The notes beneath the pieces are model-generated. The model was not told where the DNA came from, did not search any database, and saw nothing but the letters and a program-made list of their open reading frames with translations. From Gammaproteobacteria bacterium (lineage in GTDB: Bacteria > Pseudomonadota > Gammaproteobacteria > Burkholderiales > Nitrosomonadaceae), in NCBI GenBank assembly GCA_015709615.1, contig CP054179.1:278785-342784 (forward strand): 64,000 nucleotides of DNA, read 5' to 3'. The translations under genes were made by a program, and so were the position numbers. How positions within the stretch are numbered: the stretch's first letter is position 1; each line of letters starts with the position of its first letter. Below are positions 39,344 through 47,384 of this stretch, in pieces.

Positions 39344-41371
39344 TTATTTCTTGGTGAGCAAATAATCTGCCTTGGCGTTTGTCTCGCGGATTTTGGCGGC
39401 CTTCTCTGCCGCTGCGAGTGCGATCATCTTGTCCTGCGTTTCTTTCTGCTGCGCCATTTCCTGCTGCTGCTGCATCAGCATGGCTTGCTTTTGCTCGGGG
39501 TCTTGATCTTGTATTCCCAGCGCGTCGCGTATCGTCTCGGCCACCTCGAAGCGATCCGGCATGTCGGTTGATTCGATAATGAATGGGGTGAGTAACGCTT
39601 GAACTTGCGGCGGCAAGCTGCTGGCGACTGCGGTGATCATTTGCAGCTGTTGCAAACGGAATGATGAGGATGTCGGGATGTCATCCAGCACGACCTTGGC
39701 ATTCACCGCGGATACGTCATTGAGCACGACGGGTTCCCCGGTTTCCGGGTCTGCCGATTGCTGGTTGAGCACGACAACCTTTTTATTCTTGCCGTTGCCG
39801 ATGCTGACAACCTGCTGGCCATTGGACAAATCCTCTTTCAGCATCTCAAACATGAGCTCTCCGACCATTCTGCGACCGAATCTAAAATTGTCGTTGATCT
39901 CGCCGGTTGAGTTTGATCCCTGTTCTGCCAATGAATTAATGGCCAATCCGGATTTTGCTCCGGTTTGTTGCCCCATCATGGTTTTGTGTATTCCGGATGT
40001 TTCGGCGATTTCCTGCTTGCTTTCCTGCATCAAAAGGAATTGCTGCTGCGCCAGTTCTCCCCCTGCGTCAACCATGAACTTGCTGTTTGGGTTGCGTTTG
40101 GCGTTCAGAATGATGTATGAGTCCGGCCTTGCTATTTCTTGCGCTGCGAGATCGTGATCTTCAACCGCGTCAGAATCAGTGATTACACGACGGCTGTTCA
40201 GAATCCATTGCGCTTTTGACCGGCGTGCATTGATTTCATCTTGTGGCGACAGCATTGCCCGGATCATGCCGTAAGGTGCATTGGTTTGATCTTCCCGGTA
40301 ACCGAAAAACGGCACATACGGGAAGTAATTGTGCTTATACGGGCTGGGCACATCATAGAGAAAGTGCGGACCCGCATACCAAGCCAGCCGAACCTTTTGG
40401 AATGTTGCCTGACTGACTTGCGCAACACCTCCCAATATGACCATGCTGTGCTTTGGATTGTTGAAATCCGCTTCTATCACTCTGCCGTTTGGCAGTTTCA
40501 AGACATACGCCCTAACCCATTTGCGATACCAAATTTCGGATAGGCATATGCGCTGACGCTGAATGTCGCGCCAGTCGTTGTATGACAGCTTGGTGTCCCG
40601 CTCAACTTGAAACGACTGGCTGAGTCCTGTGCTTTGATCGACGATTGGATCGTATCCGGACCATCCGTTAGCAGTCATTCTGAACAATGTCGCGTATTGC
40701 TGCATCATCGCTACGGCGTGATCGAGTTCCAGCCATCGCTTGCGGATCAGATAGGCTGCATCGGACAAATCCGGTTGTTCTGATCGCCAATCCCAAAAGA
40801 TTTCGCGGCGGTGCACGTATTTGATGCGGTATGGACATTTAAAAGGATCGGTTTCGCGCGATACTTCAACCCAACCCAAACCGGCTTTTAATTGCGCTGC
40901 GTAGGCATCCGAGCAAGCCCTATCGGCTCTGCTTTCAACTTCGGCGCGTTTTAGTTTTAACGACAAGGCTTCCGCCAAATCGTCGCTACATGAACCGTCG
41001 TCGTCCGGCATTACTTTCCAATCGGTGCGTGATTTGGCTTCTATGCCCAGCAGGGTGTCAACGGTTGGCTTTATTAAATTGCTGATTATCGCTGGCTGCT
41101 TGCGTTCATCCAGGGTTGCTAATGTCTCTTCGGATAGTTGATTGCCATCGTAATAATCCGAACACTTGTCCGCTTCCCGGCGCCAGCTTGGCTGGTGCAT
41201 GATCTCGAACATGAAACTTTCCACCTGCTCGCGTGCCAGTGGCTTATCTTGCAGCTCTTCCGGAGTGGCATTTATTGGGTCTGTGGGCTGTTCTCCAACA
41301 CTCTCATATTGATCGTTATCGCCATCCTGATCGATCATGGCAGCGCTGCTTAACTGTATATCTCCCGGCAT
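39344..41371 (-). CDS. portal protein
   Basis: 675-aa ORF directly downstream of the large terminase, with size and position typical of a portal. Confidence 0.85.
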   Translation of the reverse strand: MPGDIQLSSAAMIDQDGDNDQYESVGEQPTDPINATPEELQDKPLAREQVESFMFEIMHQPSWRREADKCSDYYDGNQLSEETLATLDERKQPAIISNLIKPTVDTLLGIEAKSRTDWKVMPDDDGSCSDDLAEALSLKLKRAEVESRADRACSDAYAAQLKAGLGWVEVSRETDPFKCPYRIKYVHRREIFWDWRSEQPDLSDAAYLIRKRWLELDHAVAMMQQYATLFRMTANGWSGYDPIVDQSTGLSQSFQVERDTKLSYNDWRDIQRQRICLSEIWYRKWVRAYVLKLPNGRVIEADFNNPKHSMVILGGVAQVSQATFQKVRLAWYAGPHFLYDVPSPYKHNYFPYVPFFGYREDQTNAPYGMIRAMLSPQDEINARRSKAQWILNSRRVITDSDAVEDHDLAAQEIARPDSYIILNAKRNPNSKFMVDAGGELAQQQFLLMQESKQEIAETSGIHKTMMGQQTGAKSGLAINSLAEQGSNSTGEINDNFRFGRRMVGELMFEMLKEDLSNGQQVVSIGNGKNKKVVVLNQQSADPETGEPVVLNDVSAVNAKVVLDDIPTSSSFRLQQLQMITAVASSLPPQVQALLTPFIIESTDMPDRFEVAETIRDALGIQDQDPEQKQAMLMQQQQEMAQQKETQDKMIALAAAEKAAKIRETNAKADYLLTKK

Positions 41372-41429
41372 AACTCACACCCTGAAATCGTTGATTGGTG
41401 TATTTTGTAATGCGTGGAGTTATTCGACC

Positions 41430-42917
41430 TTAGCCGGTGCGCCAGTTGTATCCTCTGTTTGGGTTCAGTGCTTTTTTCTGTGGGTCTGGAGGCTCGATGG
41501 CATAGCGCAGCATGACATAGCCATAGCGTGTTGCACTCATGATGTCGTCTTGCAGCTTAACGATCTTGCCATCCTTGCGATGGTATAGCCTGAATTCCTC
41601 GAACCAGCTTGATAACCCTGCGAATACCTTGAAGCGGCCTTCTTGCATAGCCGTCAACATAAGACTTATCCCAGCTTCAACGCTGGTTCTGCTGACTTTG
41701 TGCCCTTGTTCGTCACCGGTTTCAGGCAGTTGCGCCATTTCGTGCAGCATGCTGACGCCTTGATCGCGGTATTGCTGCGCGAGCTGGATCCCGCTGCCTT
41801 TTTCTGTCTGCAATCCATCATGCGGCCAAGCCACGGGAATCCATTCGCCGCGTTGTTTGATCAGTGGCGCAACATGCGGAGGTGTTGCATCTGGTACGCC
41901 TCGCTTTGATTCAATGTCGTATACGTAAACCGTATCACTATCACGATCCCATGCCAGCCACACCAAAGCCGTTGGATGATCAATACCGAAATCGATGCCG
42001 CAGATACGCGGCCACAAATCCGGCAATTGAAACGGTGGAACCGTAATCACTGATTCGGCAATCGGGAAAATGCGGCCGCTGCCGAGTACCGGAATTCCGT
42101 TTGTGCGCGCTTCCTTCTCATGCGCTGGGTAGCTGGCAATGATGCGTTCTTTCTCTTCCTTGGTGTAATGCAGTACATCATCGATGGTCATGCAAATGTC
42201 GGCGCGATCTTTTGTCCGCTCTTTCTCATCCAGGAACATGCGCACGACCTCGGACATGCCGAGCAATGGCGTGAATGTGATCCATACCATTCCGCCGGTG
42301 GCGTTGGTCCTGGTCAATACCTCGGTGTAAATATCGAGCGGCGGCTCTTCGTCTAGCGCGGCGTAATCAAGCGTCTCGCCTTGTAGTTTGCTTCGGCCCT
42401 TCTCGTAGGATTTGAAATAGATGCGGGATATGCCGCCGGAAATGTGCCGGACAAAGATACAGTCAACGGAATCGGCAATACCTTGTGCGCGCGTGATCTT
42501 GATGATCGATTTTTCTGGAATGGTGCCGGTCCCCCATTCACCAGGGCGGCCAAGAATCAAACGCTGCAAAGTATCTCGCGTTGACTCCATTGATTCTCCT
42601 AATGCCCAGCCGGTAGTTGCGCGTGCCCAGCGTCTACCTTTCCACCAATCCGGATATTTTCCGGTGGCGTGATAGGCTACTTCGTGGGCTGATGATAGGG
42701 TCTTGCCGAGTTGGTTGCCGGCGCGGAACAATCTTTCACGGAAGGTTTCCCCGGCAGTGTGAAAATCAATCTGTTTCGGGTAGGGCTTGTATCTCGATAA
42801 TTTGTTTTTGTCCTGGCGATTCTTGAGTGCCCTCATCACTTTCAAGCATGCCAGTCTGGGCGGCAAGTTCTCTAGCGAGCTGGGCAAGTTCTTCGTCTGA
42901 AAGCTGGTCAAACTCAT
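41430..42917 (-). CDS. terminase large subunit
   Basis: 495 aa. Walker A-like RAGNQLGKT, a C-terminal nuclease-like region. The start may be the ATG at 42836. Confidence 0.88.
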   Translation of the reverse strand: MSLTSFQTKNLPSSLENLPPRLACLKVMRALKNRQDKNKLSRYKPYPKQIDFHTAGETFRERLFRAGNQLGKTLSSAHEVAYHATGKYPDWWKGRRWARATTGWALGESMESTRDTLQRLILGRPGEWGTGTIPEKSIIKITRAQGIADSVDCIFVRHISGGISRIYFKSYEKGRSKLQGETLDYAALDEEPPLDIYTEVLTRTNATGGMVWITFTPLLGMSEVVRMFLDEKERTKDRADICMTIDDVLHYTKEEKERIIASYPAHEKEARTNGIPVLGSGRIFPIAESVITVPPFQLPDLWPRICGIDFGIDHPTALVWLAWDRDSDTVYVYDIESKRGVPDATPPHVAPLIKQRGEWIPVAWPHDGLQTEKGSGIQLAQQYRDQGVSMLHEMAQLPETGDEQGHKVSRTSVEAGISLMLTAMQEGRFKVFAGLSSWFEEFRLYHRKDGKIVKLQDDIMSATRYGYVMLRYAIEPPDPQKKALNPNRGYNWRTG

Positions 42918-43437
42918 CGTCTGGTTTTTCTTCTTTCTTATTGAATAATCCGATCACGTCTCCAAGCTTTGTCAGTGCCGTGTTTGCGCCCTGTGCGTCG
43001 AATCTGTATTCTCCGATCTCAACCAATTCGCCTTCCACCATCTTCATGACCGGTTCGGCCTGCATGCACCTCTCGACGATCCGCATGTACCTGGAAATAA
43101 CCCACTCTCGATTTAATCCGGTACGCAGTATTGCGTTCTTGCTCGCTATCTCGGATAGCGTGTTGATGCGTTTTACGACGTCCTTGTTGTAACCGGCTTC
43201 GCCCGGCCTCTCCCATCCGAGAGCGGTTCTTCTTTTTATTTTTGCCCCTGATGCGATCAGCGCTTCATCAATCGACATGCCAGCGGCACGGCAGCGGCAA
43301 TAGGCTTCTTGCTCTACCGTTAGTCCGCTATCAAGTCGAGAATGCTTAACATGCCGCTCAGGTTTCGGCCTTTTTGCTTTACGGTCCAATTTTTGTAGTG
43401 ATGTATGAAACCATACCAGCCCAAGCTGCGTAAGCAA
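42766..43437 (-). CDS. terminase small subunit (start uncertain)
   Basis: 223 aa. HTH-like GLTVEQEAYCRCRAAGMSIDEALIASG and an acidic C-terminus. Overlaps the TerL ORF by 71-152 nt. Confidence 0.7.
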   Translation of the reverse strand: MLTQLGLVWFHTSLQKLDRKAKRPKPERHVKHSRLDSGLTVEQEAYCRCRAAGMSIDEALIASGAKIKRRTALGWERPGEAGYNKDVVKRINTLSEIASKNAILRTGLNREWVISRYMRIVERCMQAEPVMKMVEGELVEIGEYRFDAQGANTALTKLGDVIGLFNKKEEKPDDEFDQLSDEELAQLARELAAQTGMLESDEGTQESPGQKQIIEIQALPETD

Positions 43438-43672
43438 ATGCCGCTGATGCTACGGCGATGAATGCCAAAGATCCATGGCCAGCAGCCTTACGCATCTTCT
43501 TCCCAAATCTCAAATCTTCCCTGAATTCTTCCACGCTTTCCGGTCGATCAATGTCGACTCCGAGTATTGCAAAAACCTTTTTAACCGCGTGTTCTGCTGC
43601 CTCTTCAGACAGTTTTTCTGAATACTCGCACCGTCCTTGCTTTCTTCTCTCTAGCTGATTGTCGCCGTGCAT
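43379..43672 (-). CDS. small membrane protein (C-terminal TM helix)
   Basis: 97 aa. C-terminal GSLAFIAVASAAFAYAAWAGMVSYI. Confidence 0.6.
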   Translation of the reverse strand: MHGDNQLERRKQGRCEYSEKLSEEAAEHAVKKVFAILGVDIDRPESVEEFREDLRFGKKMRKAAGHGSLAFIAVASAAFAYAAWAGMVSYITTKIGP

Positions 43673-43710
43673 TTCTCATTCCCCAGGTAAATTAATTCGG
43701 TGATCTGAGT

Positions 43711-44061
43711 TTATTTGCCGGGCGGTAATTCGATTTGATCTTTCCTTAAGCGTCTTCTTCTCATGATCCAGAATGCCACATTTAGCCAGCGGTAAACATC
43801 CACGGGTTTCCTGTTCTCTATCCTCATCCAGCGCGTATTGAATTTTTTCCCGATACGGAGAATGCGGCCGTAATTGTTCAGCGCGTCCAGCGCGTCTATT
43901 GTCTGCTTGTAATCGAGTCCTGCTCGTTTTGCTATTTCTATCCCGGTCAGTTTCACCGGGGAATCGTTGACTACTGCGAGCACTTTGTCTCGCAACTTTG
44001 TACTTTCCTGATCAACTTTTTTTCTGAGCAATCTGCTATTTCCCAAATATTTCCCGCACAA
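43711..44061 (-). CDS. winged-helix DNA-binding protein, possible late-gene regulator
   Basis: 116 aa, LTGIEIAKRAGLDYKQTIDALDAL. First gene of the leftward block after an AT-rich divergent region. Confidence 0.55.
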   Translation of the reverse strand: MCGKYLGNSRLLRKKVDQESTKLRDKVLAVVNDSPVKLTGIEIAKRAGLDYKQTIDALDALNNYGRILRIGKKFNTRWMRIENRKPVDVYRWLNVAFWIMRRRRLRKDQIELPPGK

Positions 44062-44122
44062 GAATTTTATTTTTTATAGTCTTTTGTTATTATTTACATA
44101 TATTTATTCAAAACTTTGGAAT

Positions 44123-44434
44123 ATGTTCATTTCAGTCAAAGAGCTCGCGGAACACAGAGGCGTAACGCCTAGAACAATCATAAGCTGGTGCCATAAGGGT
44201 TACTTCGATGGCGATGCCGTATTTCATAGCGGACGATGGATCATATTCATATCTGATTTTCTTCTAGTCTCTCTTCCAAAATTCAAATCTGGAAGGAAGC
44301 AAGGCGGCAAGAACAAAAAACCATACACCAGAAGATCCAGCACTGAACCAATCATCAAGCCACCTGAAGTTCAACCAGTTCGCGCACGATTACTACCACC
44401 CCGGGTGTCTCGGCGTAACGTTTCTTCTGCGTAG
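44123..44434 (+). CDS. MerR/excisionase-type HTH protein (extent uncertain)
   Basis: ISVKELAEHRGVTPRTIISWCHKGY. The only plus-strand ORF in this block, and its 3' part runs antisense into rusA. Confidence 0.45.
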   Translation: MFISVKELAEHRGVTPRTIISWCHKGYFDGDAVFHSGRWIIFISDFLLVSLPKFKSGRKQGGKNKKPYTRRSSTEPIIKPPEVQPVRARLLPPRVSRRNVSSA

Positions 44435-44792
44435 ATTCTACGACCTGCCCATCGTCGCGCCACACAACGCCATTCATGCCATCAAAAATGGATTTGGTGA
44501 TATTGTCGATGTCGCTTTTTTTCGTTGCGGCCAATTTTCCGGTAATAGCCAATAACTGTTTTTTCTTGGACCATGACGGCGGTATCTCTAAGCGGATGTC
44601 CAACTCAACCGATACTGCGCCGGTAATCATCTCCCTTCCGGACATTGCGAAGTGTGCTGAATGTGCTACCAAACCTTCATAGTTCGCCGTTTTCTCTGGC
44701 GTATACATGGCAATATGTTTGCCGCGCCTTGCTGCTTTGTGTCGCGCTTTCGGAACCGGTTGCCCTGGAACCGTAAAAATAATCTCGCCCAT
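44355..44792 (-). CDS. rusA: Holliday-junction resolvase RusA
   Basis: 145 aa. VPGQPVPKARHK..., DIDNITKSIFDGMNGVVWRDDGQV RusA signature. Confidence 0.9.
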   Translation of the reverse strand: MGEIIFTVPGQPVPKARHKAARRGKHIAMYTPEKTANYEGLVAHSAHFAMSGREMITGAVSVELDIRLEIPPSWSKKKQLLAITGKLAATKKSDIDNITKSIFDGMNGVVWRDDGQVVESTQKKRYAETPGVVVIVRELVELQVA

Positions 44793-44909
44793 CTATCCCA
44801 AACCTCTCACCAAAAACCCAGCGACAAAACCAGCCGATGCACCTATCGACAACATGGCCACAAGCATTTGCATGAAACGAAATTCGGTTATTTTTACTTC
44901 TTTGTTCAT
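44793..44909 (-). CDS. 38-aa hydrophobic peptide
   Basis: Hand translation MNKEVKITEFRFMQMLVAMLSIGASAGFVAGFLVRGLG. GGAGGGG RBS, TAATG coupling upstream, and its TAG stop directly abuts the rusA ATG. Confidence 0.55.
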   Translation of the reverse strand: MNKEVKITEFRFMQMLVAMLSIGASAGFVAGFLVRGLG

Positions 44910-45151
44910 TATTTCCCCTCCTTCATCTTCCATTGCCTGTTAACCTCTTCAATAAATTTTTTCGTGTTTTCTTCGCCGTGCTTTTCTGCGAACATTGCGT
45001 AATATCTTAATTTCCGCTCTTCTGGCCATACCATCACTTCACGCGCCTTCTCCTGGTATCTTTTCCGGTGGCGCTTCAGGCATTCTTGCTTGAATGATTC
45101 GGTGTATGTTGGCGCTGGCGTTTTTGTGCATTGCTCGCATTGGCATGGCAT
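44909..45151 (-). CDS. hypothetical protein
   Basis: 80-aa ORF, translationally coupled on both sides. Confidence 0.65.
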   Translation of the reverse strand: MPCQCEQCTKTPAPTYTESFKQECLKRHRKRYQEKAREVMVWPEERKLRYYAMFAEKHGEENTKKFIEEVNRQWKMKEGK

Positions 45152-45624
45152 TAAAAATCACCAGGAGCCACCTGCAAGCAAGTGATTCCTCTTCTTCTCC
45201 ACATATTTACCACTCTGTCACGATCATCGAAAACCGCAACAAGCCTTTTTTTATCATCTTCAAGCATATTGTCTAACCAGCTTTCCTTTAAAACATCATC
45301 CGGCGTGTAATCCATAGCTGGCCGCATTGTCAAAAGATGCTCGTAATTCAAATTGAATGACATGAATGCTGTGTGTTCAGCTATCCACGCCACTGTTTTG
45401 TCACGTACCTCTTCGCTTCTTCCGCTAAACAGCCACACATCAGCGCCAGATAGCATCAAGTTATTCATTATGAAAATTACTGGTTTATTTGGCTCATCCC
45501 TGTCGCAAGCAGCATAAAAATCACGCCATCTGTTAGGGTTATCTTTATCTTCAAGAATACTAACCCTATGATTTATAATCGCCAGTGTTCCATCAATATC
45601 AAATATGTACAGAGGTCTATTCAT
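45151..45624 (-). CDS. HAD-family phosphatase resembling phage polynucleotide 3'-phosphatase domains
   Basis: 157 aa. DIDGTL motif I at the N-terminus, FSGR, FDDRDRVVNMWRRRGITCLQV C-terminal motifs. Confidence 0.7.
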   Translation of the reverse strand: MNRPLYIFDIDGTLAIINHRVSILEDKDNPNRWRDFYAACDRDEPNKPVIFIMNNLMLSGADVWLFSGRSEEVRDKTVAWIAEHTAFMSFNLNYEHLLTMRPAMDYTPDDVLKESWLDNMLEDDKKRLVAVFDDRDRVVNMWRRRGITCLQVAPGDF

Positions 45625-45772
45625 AGCGCATCAACCATTTCGTCAAAGTTTTCACCGCGCAGATTGCGTTCATACAATTCAGCAAATTGCTGCCGTTTTC
45701 TTTCATAATCTTAATTTTATTTTCTAAGTTTTTGATTATTCTTTCTCTTATTCCGCAAGCCCATTTAGTCAT
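45617..45772 (-). CDS. hypothetical small protein (weak call)
   Basis: The ORF is open to 45805 (GTG). The ATG at 45772 has no clear RBS. Confidence 0.3.
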   Translation of the reverse strand: MTKWACGIRERIIKNLENKIKIMKENGSNLLNCMNAICAVKTLTKWLMRYE

Positions 45773-45875
45773 ATCAGTACCATAAAAACCAACGCGGCTG
45801 GGCACTTGCTACATGCAGGCTTGCTTGTGCCGTTCGTATCAAATGAGTGCAACAAGTGCCCATGCGGGTTAGCTT

Positions 45876-46052
45876 TTAATCCTCCATTGATTCGCACGGC
45901 TTCTGCATCCTTTTTCTAGTCGCTTCGTTATTTAGCGCAACCAAACCACAGCCAGAGCAGTAAACATATGAACATATCTTTTTAGTAAAACTATGCTGTG
46001 TTGTTTTGAATGCTTTTTGCTTCGCTTCGTAAACCTGCCGTTTTGTTGCCAT
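45876..46052 (-). CDS. small Cys-rich (zinc-ribbon-like) protein
   Basis: MATKRQ... with CSGCG and C..C spacing. GAGGTG RBS before the ATG at 46052. Confidence 0.55.
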   Translation of the reverse strand: MATKRQVYEAKQKAFKTTQHSFTKKICSYVYCSGCGLVALNNEATRKRMQKPCESMED

Positions 46053-46237
46053 ACTCACCTCAAATTTAAAAACCAAGTCAGAAGCTGGCCAGATTGGTTA
46101 CTGGCAATAACAGGCGTTCCAACGTCCATTTGCAGCGCGTATCCTGTCAAGTTATTCATGGCTGCTTTCAGACTCCACTTCGCTGTCCTATCCAGCGTGC
46201 AGCTTCCTTTTTGGCCACCGTGTAGCCGGTGGAACGC

Positions 46238-46462
46238 TTAAAATGTTTCTGGTTTAGCTACAGAACGAATTGCCCACATAAAACCTTGCTGCAAGTTAGT
46301 TTTTCCCAGTGCTACATTACGTTTGTCGGTTGAGTCTATATCTTCCAATTTCTGTATAAATTGCCCGCATTGTTCTGCAAGCGCTTTGCCTTCATTAATC
46401 AGATCGATTTCTTCCTGAGTTAAATCTCTGTAACCTTTAATATGCTTATGCTGATTGTCCAT
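46238..46462 (-). CDS. small protein resembling the Acb2/Tad1-hairpin family (assignment from memory)
   Basis: 74 aa. GYRDLTQEEIDLINEGK...ALGKTNLQQGFMWAIRSVAKPETF pattern. GGAGAA RBS. Confidence 0.45.
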   Translation of the reverse strand: MDNQHKHIKGYRDLTQEEIDLINEGKALAEQCGQFIQKLEDIDSTDKRNVALGKTNLQQGFMWAIRSVAKPETF

Positions 46463-47130
46463 CTATCATTCTCCAAGTTATTAAATCCCAGGGCACTTAC
46501 GCGACCCTGGTTACGTTCATTGAATCCAGAAATTCATCTGGTTGTTAGTGGCCGGAGCTGTACATCTTTACCCGACATGTTTGCGTTACAAGGTAAGTTG
46601 CGATCTTTTCCTATCAAACGGAGGTTCCTTCTGCACGTCAGCTTAATCGTGCATTCACTAACAAGTCATATGCTCTAAAGGCGGAAAGCGGTTCCGGTAT
46701 CTTGGACAGTCCCAAAGTCACGTAGGGCATTGCGCCGACGTGCTGCCGGTGCGATCTTCTCGGCTTGTGACAAGAGCACATGCTTCTTAATGCTGCATTC
46801 ACTAACAATTAAGGCGGCTGGGCTTGATACCAGCTATGCCTAGTCTTATTGCTTGCAGCATCGAAACAAGCCGCTACCGCTTGTGATCATCTGCCGAGTG
46901 TCCTATCCACGCCGCGCCTTAATTGTTAGTCCTAGCTCTTACCCGGCTAGGTTAGGTGTTGATTTGAAGTTCCTATGATTTACTAAAGGGCTCTAGAACC
47001 TTTCGGGACTGCCCTGACTTTCATCATAGCCATCACCAACATAGAAACGGAATCACCCTGCGACTGCGAGCCAGTCAGTAATTCCATGTTGCTCGCTTCT
47101 ATGTTAGCTCTACATTAGGGCAGTAGACGC

Positions 47131-47265
47131 CTATTGTCTGTTAAAATAACAATCAGATAAACCGCTGAATACTAATAGAATCCCAAAAACTGGCCCCCCT
47201 ATACCTATAATCACAGATAGCATCCACCAAGCATCCTGAAATTTTTCCTTTTCTTTTATGTTCAT
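47131..47265 (-). CDS. 44-aa single-TM hydrophobic peptide
   Basis: Hand translation MNIKEKEKFQDAWWMLSVIIGIGGPVFGILLVFSGLSDCYFNRQ. Weak GAGAA RBS. Confidence 0.4.
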   Translation of the reverse strand: MNIKEKEKFQDAWWMLSVIIGIGGPVFGILLVFSGLSDCYFNRQ

Positions 47266-47338
47266 ATTGTGCGTTCTCTAAGATCAATTTTATTAATTAA
47301 TTAACAACATGTTAGCCATCCGTAACGTGGATGAGACG

Positions 47339-47384
47339 TGTTAGCCCTTGGAATCGAACCAAGCTACACCGGTGCGGTGCCGGT
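47339..47384 (-). other. tRNA-like 3'-half mimic (anticodon-like arm + variable + T arm + acceptor-like strand)
   Basis: Minus strand: ACCGG-CACCGCA-CCGGT GTAG CTTGG-TTCGATT-CCAAG GGCTAAC-A. No matching 5' acceptor strand or D arm. Confidence 0.5.
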
